From positions 3,221-67,220 of the IMG/VR virus record IMGVR_UViG_3300032893_000036: a stretch of DNA of 64,000 nt; one strand, given 5' to 3'. Below, one piece after another: positions 63,230 to 64,000 of the stretch (within the stretch, counting starts at the first letter, position 1; every line of letters begins with the position of its first letter). The DNA is from a virus. The translations under genes and the position numbers were made by a program. Under the pieces are notes generated by a model. That model did no database searches. It was not told the DNA's origin and was given only the letters and a program-made list of their open reading frames with translations.

Positions 63230-63258
63230 AGTAGATCACATGCGGGTTCACTTGTCAA
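63230..63258 (-). promoter_or_regulatory. putative promoter of the recombinase overlapping an inverted-repeat site
   Basis: TTGACA (63258-63253), 17 bp, weak -10 TCTACT, ATG 6 nt later; includes symmetric CGCA-N3-GATC-N3-TGCG. Confidence 0.5.
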
Positions 63259-63282
63259 CGTTCTTCAGAACGGGGACAAATA

Positions 63283-63771
63283 TCAGTCCTCATCCTTTCG
63301 TACTTCTGTACTATCCTCAACAGAATCAACCACTTGCGCCACAGCCAACCCCACCGGCTCCAACAGGTTCGGCGCTTGGTGCTCAAGCGCAGCCGGCTCA
63401 GCTTGCGCCAGAATCATCTGCCTGAGCTGCTCGCGCTGCTCGGCGGTCAGCTGTGAACTGTCGATGACCCGGCTCTCGCTCGGCGGCTTGACGATCTCTT
63501 GGCGGCTTAGTTTCGGGATATGGTACTCAATCAATTTGATATATAAATCAATGGCTCTGGCCGGATTTTTCTTCGCCACCCTGGCCAGCCAGCCGTCAAT
63601 CTTCCCTGCGTTCCGTTCTGCGATCATGCCCACAGCTAGCCGTACGTCGCGCGTAGTGTGGTTTATTTCGCCTTTCTTGCGCCCCCTGCCTGCGGCGGGC
63701 GGCTTCTTACGCGCCGGTTTAACGGGCTCTGGTGCGGTCACAGGGGCTGTTTCCACAGATACACTCAGCAT
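63283..63771 (-). CDS. putative terminase small subunit
   Basis: GRGRKKG..N.TT..VR...W...VA..NP..A.......EY..PKL...E pattern; near terL. Confidence 0.65.
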   Translation of the reverse strand: MLSVSVETAPVTAPEPVKPARKKPPAAGRGRKKGEINHTTRDVRLAVGMIAERNAGKIDGWLARVAKKNPARAIDLYIKLIEYHIPKLSRQEIVKPPSESRVIDSSQLTAEQREQLRQMILAQAEPAALEHQAPNLLEPVGLAVAQVVDSVEDSTEVRKDED

Positions 63772-63824
63772 TTATTTGGGTGCATAGGCTTGAGGCTGGC
63801 TCAGGCTGAGCGGCAGGTCAAGCG

Positions 63825-63973
63825 GTTACGGTTACGGTAGTTACGGTAGAAAACGCGATTTTGTAAACCCCCTACGTGCGCGCGCGTGTGCGCGTGTGCG
63901 CGTGTGCGCGTGTGCGCGTGTGCGCGTGTGTATATATATAAATAATACTGTAACTGTTGTAACTACCGTAACT
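63825..63973. repeat. ori-like region: convergent GTTAC/GTAAC iterons flanking (GCGCGTGT)x6 and (TA)5
   Basis: 14-bp perfect IR GTTACGGTAGTTAC (63831-63844 / 63959-63972); 8-mer tandem at 63882-63929. Confidence 0.75.
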
Positions 63974-64000
63974 ATCTCAAATATGTCAATGAGTTGCGTA

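Noticed and set aside
63882-63929. CRISPR array
   Set aside because: 8-bp tandem units without spacers; no repeat-spacer array or cas gene anywhere in the window.

Overview
The window is a near-complete genome of a dsDNA tailed phage with podovirus-type architecture (portal, scaffold, major capsid protein, adaptor/nozzle, ejection proteins, no tape measure or sheath). The host is Gram-negative, probably a gammaproteobacterium (lambda R-type endolysin, embedded Rz/Rz1 spanins, CsrA homologue). Layout: 1-5.5 kb leftward replication/modification genes (VRR-NUC, MazG-like, SNF2-methylase fusion, DEAH helicase, Cro-like HTH). 5.6-20 kb is a rightward early operon (LuxR HTH, CsrA, RecE-like nuclease, Sak4-like ATPase, beta-clamp-like protein, C5 methyltransferase with an overprinted second subunit, DUF5131, Mom-like protein, many small ORFs). 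20-59.9 kb holds leftward lysis and virion genes. At 60-64 kb the terminase large subunit lies on the opposite strand, followed by a serine recombinase, a small terminase and an ori-like repeat region. Strongest leads: (1) a recurrent xxGG motif across five head/ejection-module proteins that exactly brackets a Nudix hydrolase inside a polyprotein-like ORF; (2) an inverted terL with GATCT-core junctions and an 11-bp inverted repeat shared with the serine recombinase promoter; (3) a virion-decoration island with a glycosyltransferase, a methyltransferase, an uncharged Ser/Thr/Asn repeat fibre and a PASTA protein; (4) a split C5 methyltransferase encoded in two overlapping frames. All calls are from motif recognition by eye; no database searches were run.
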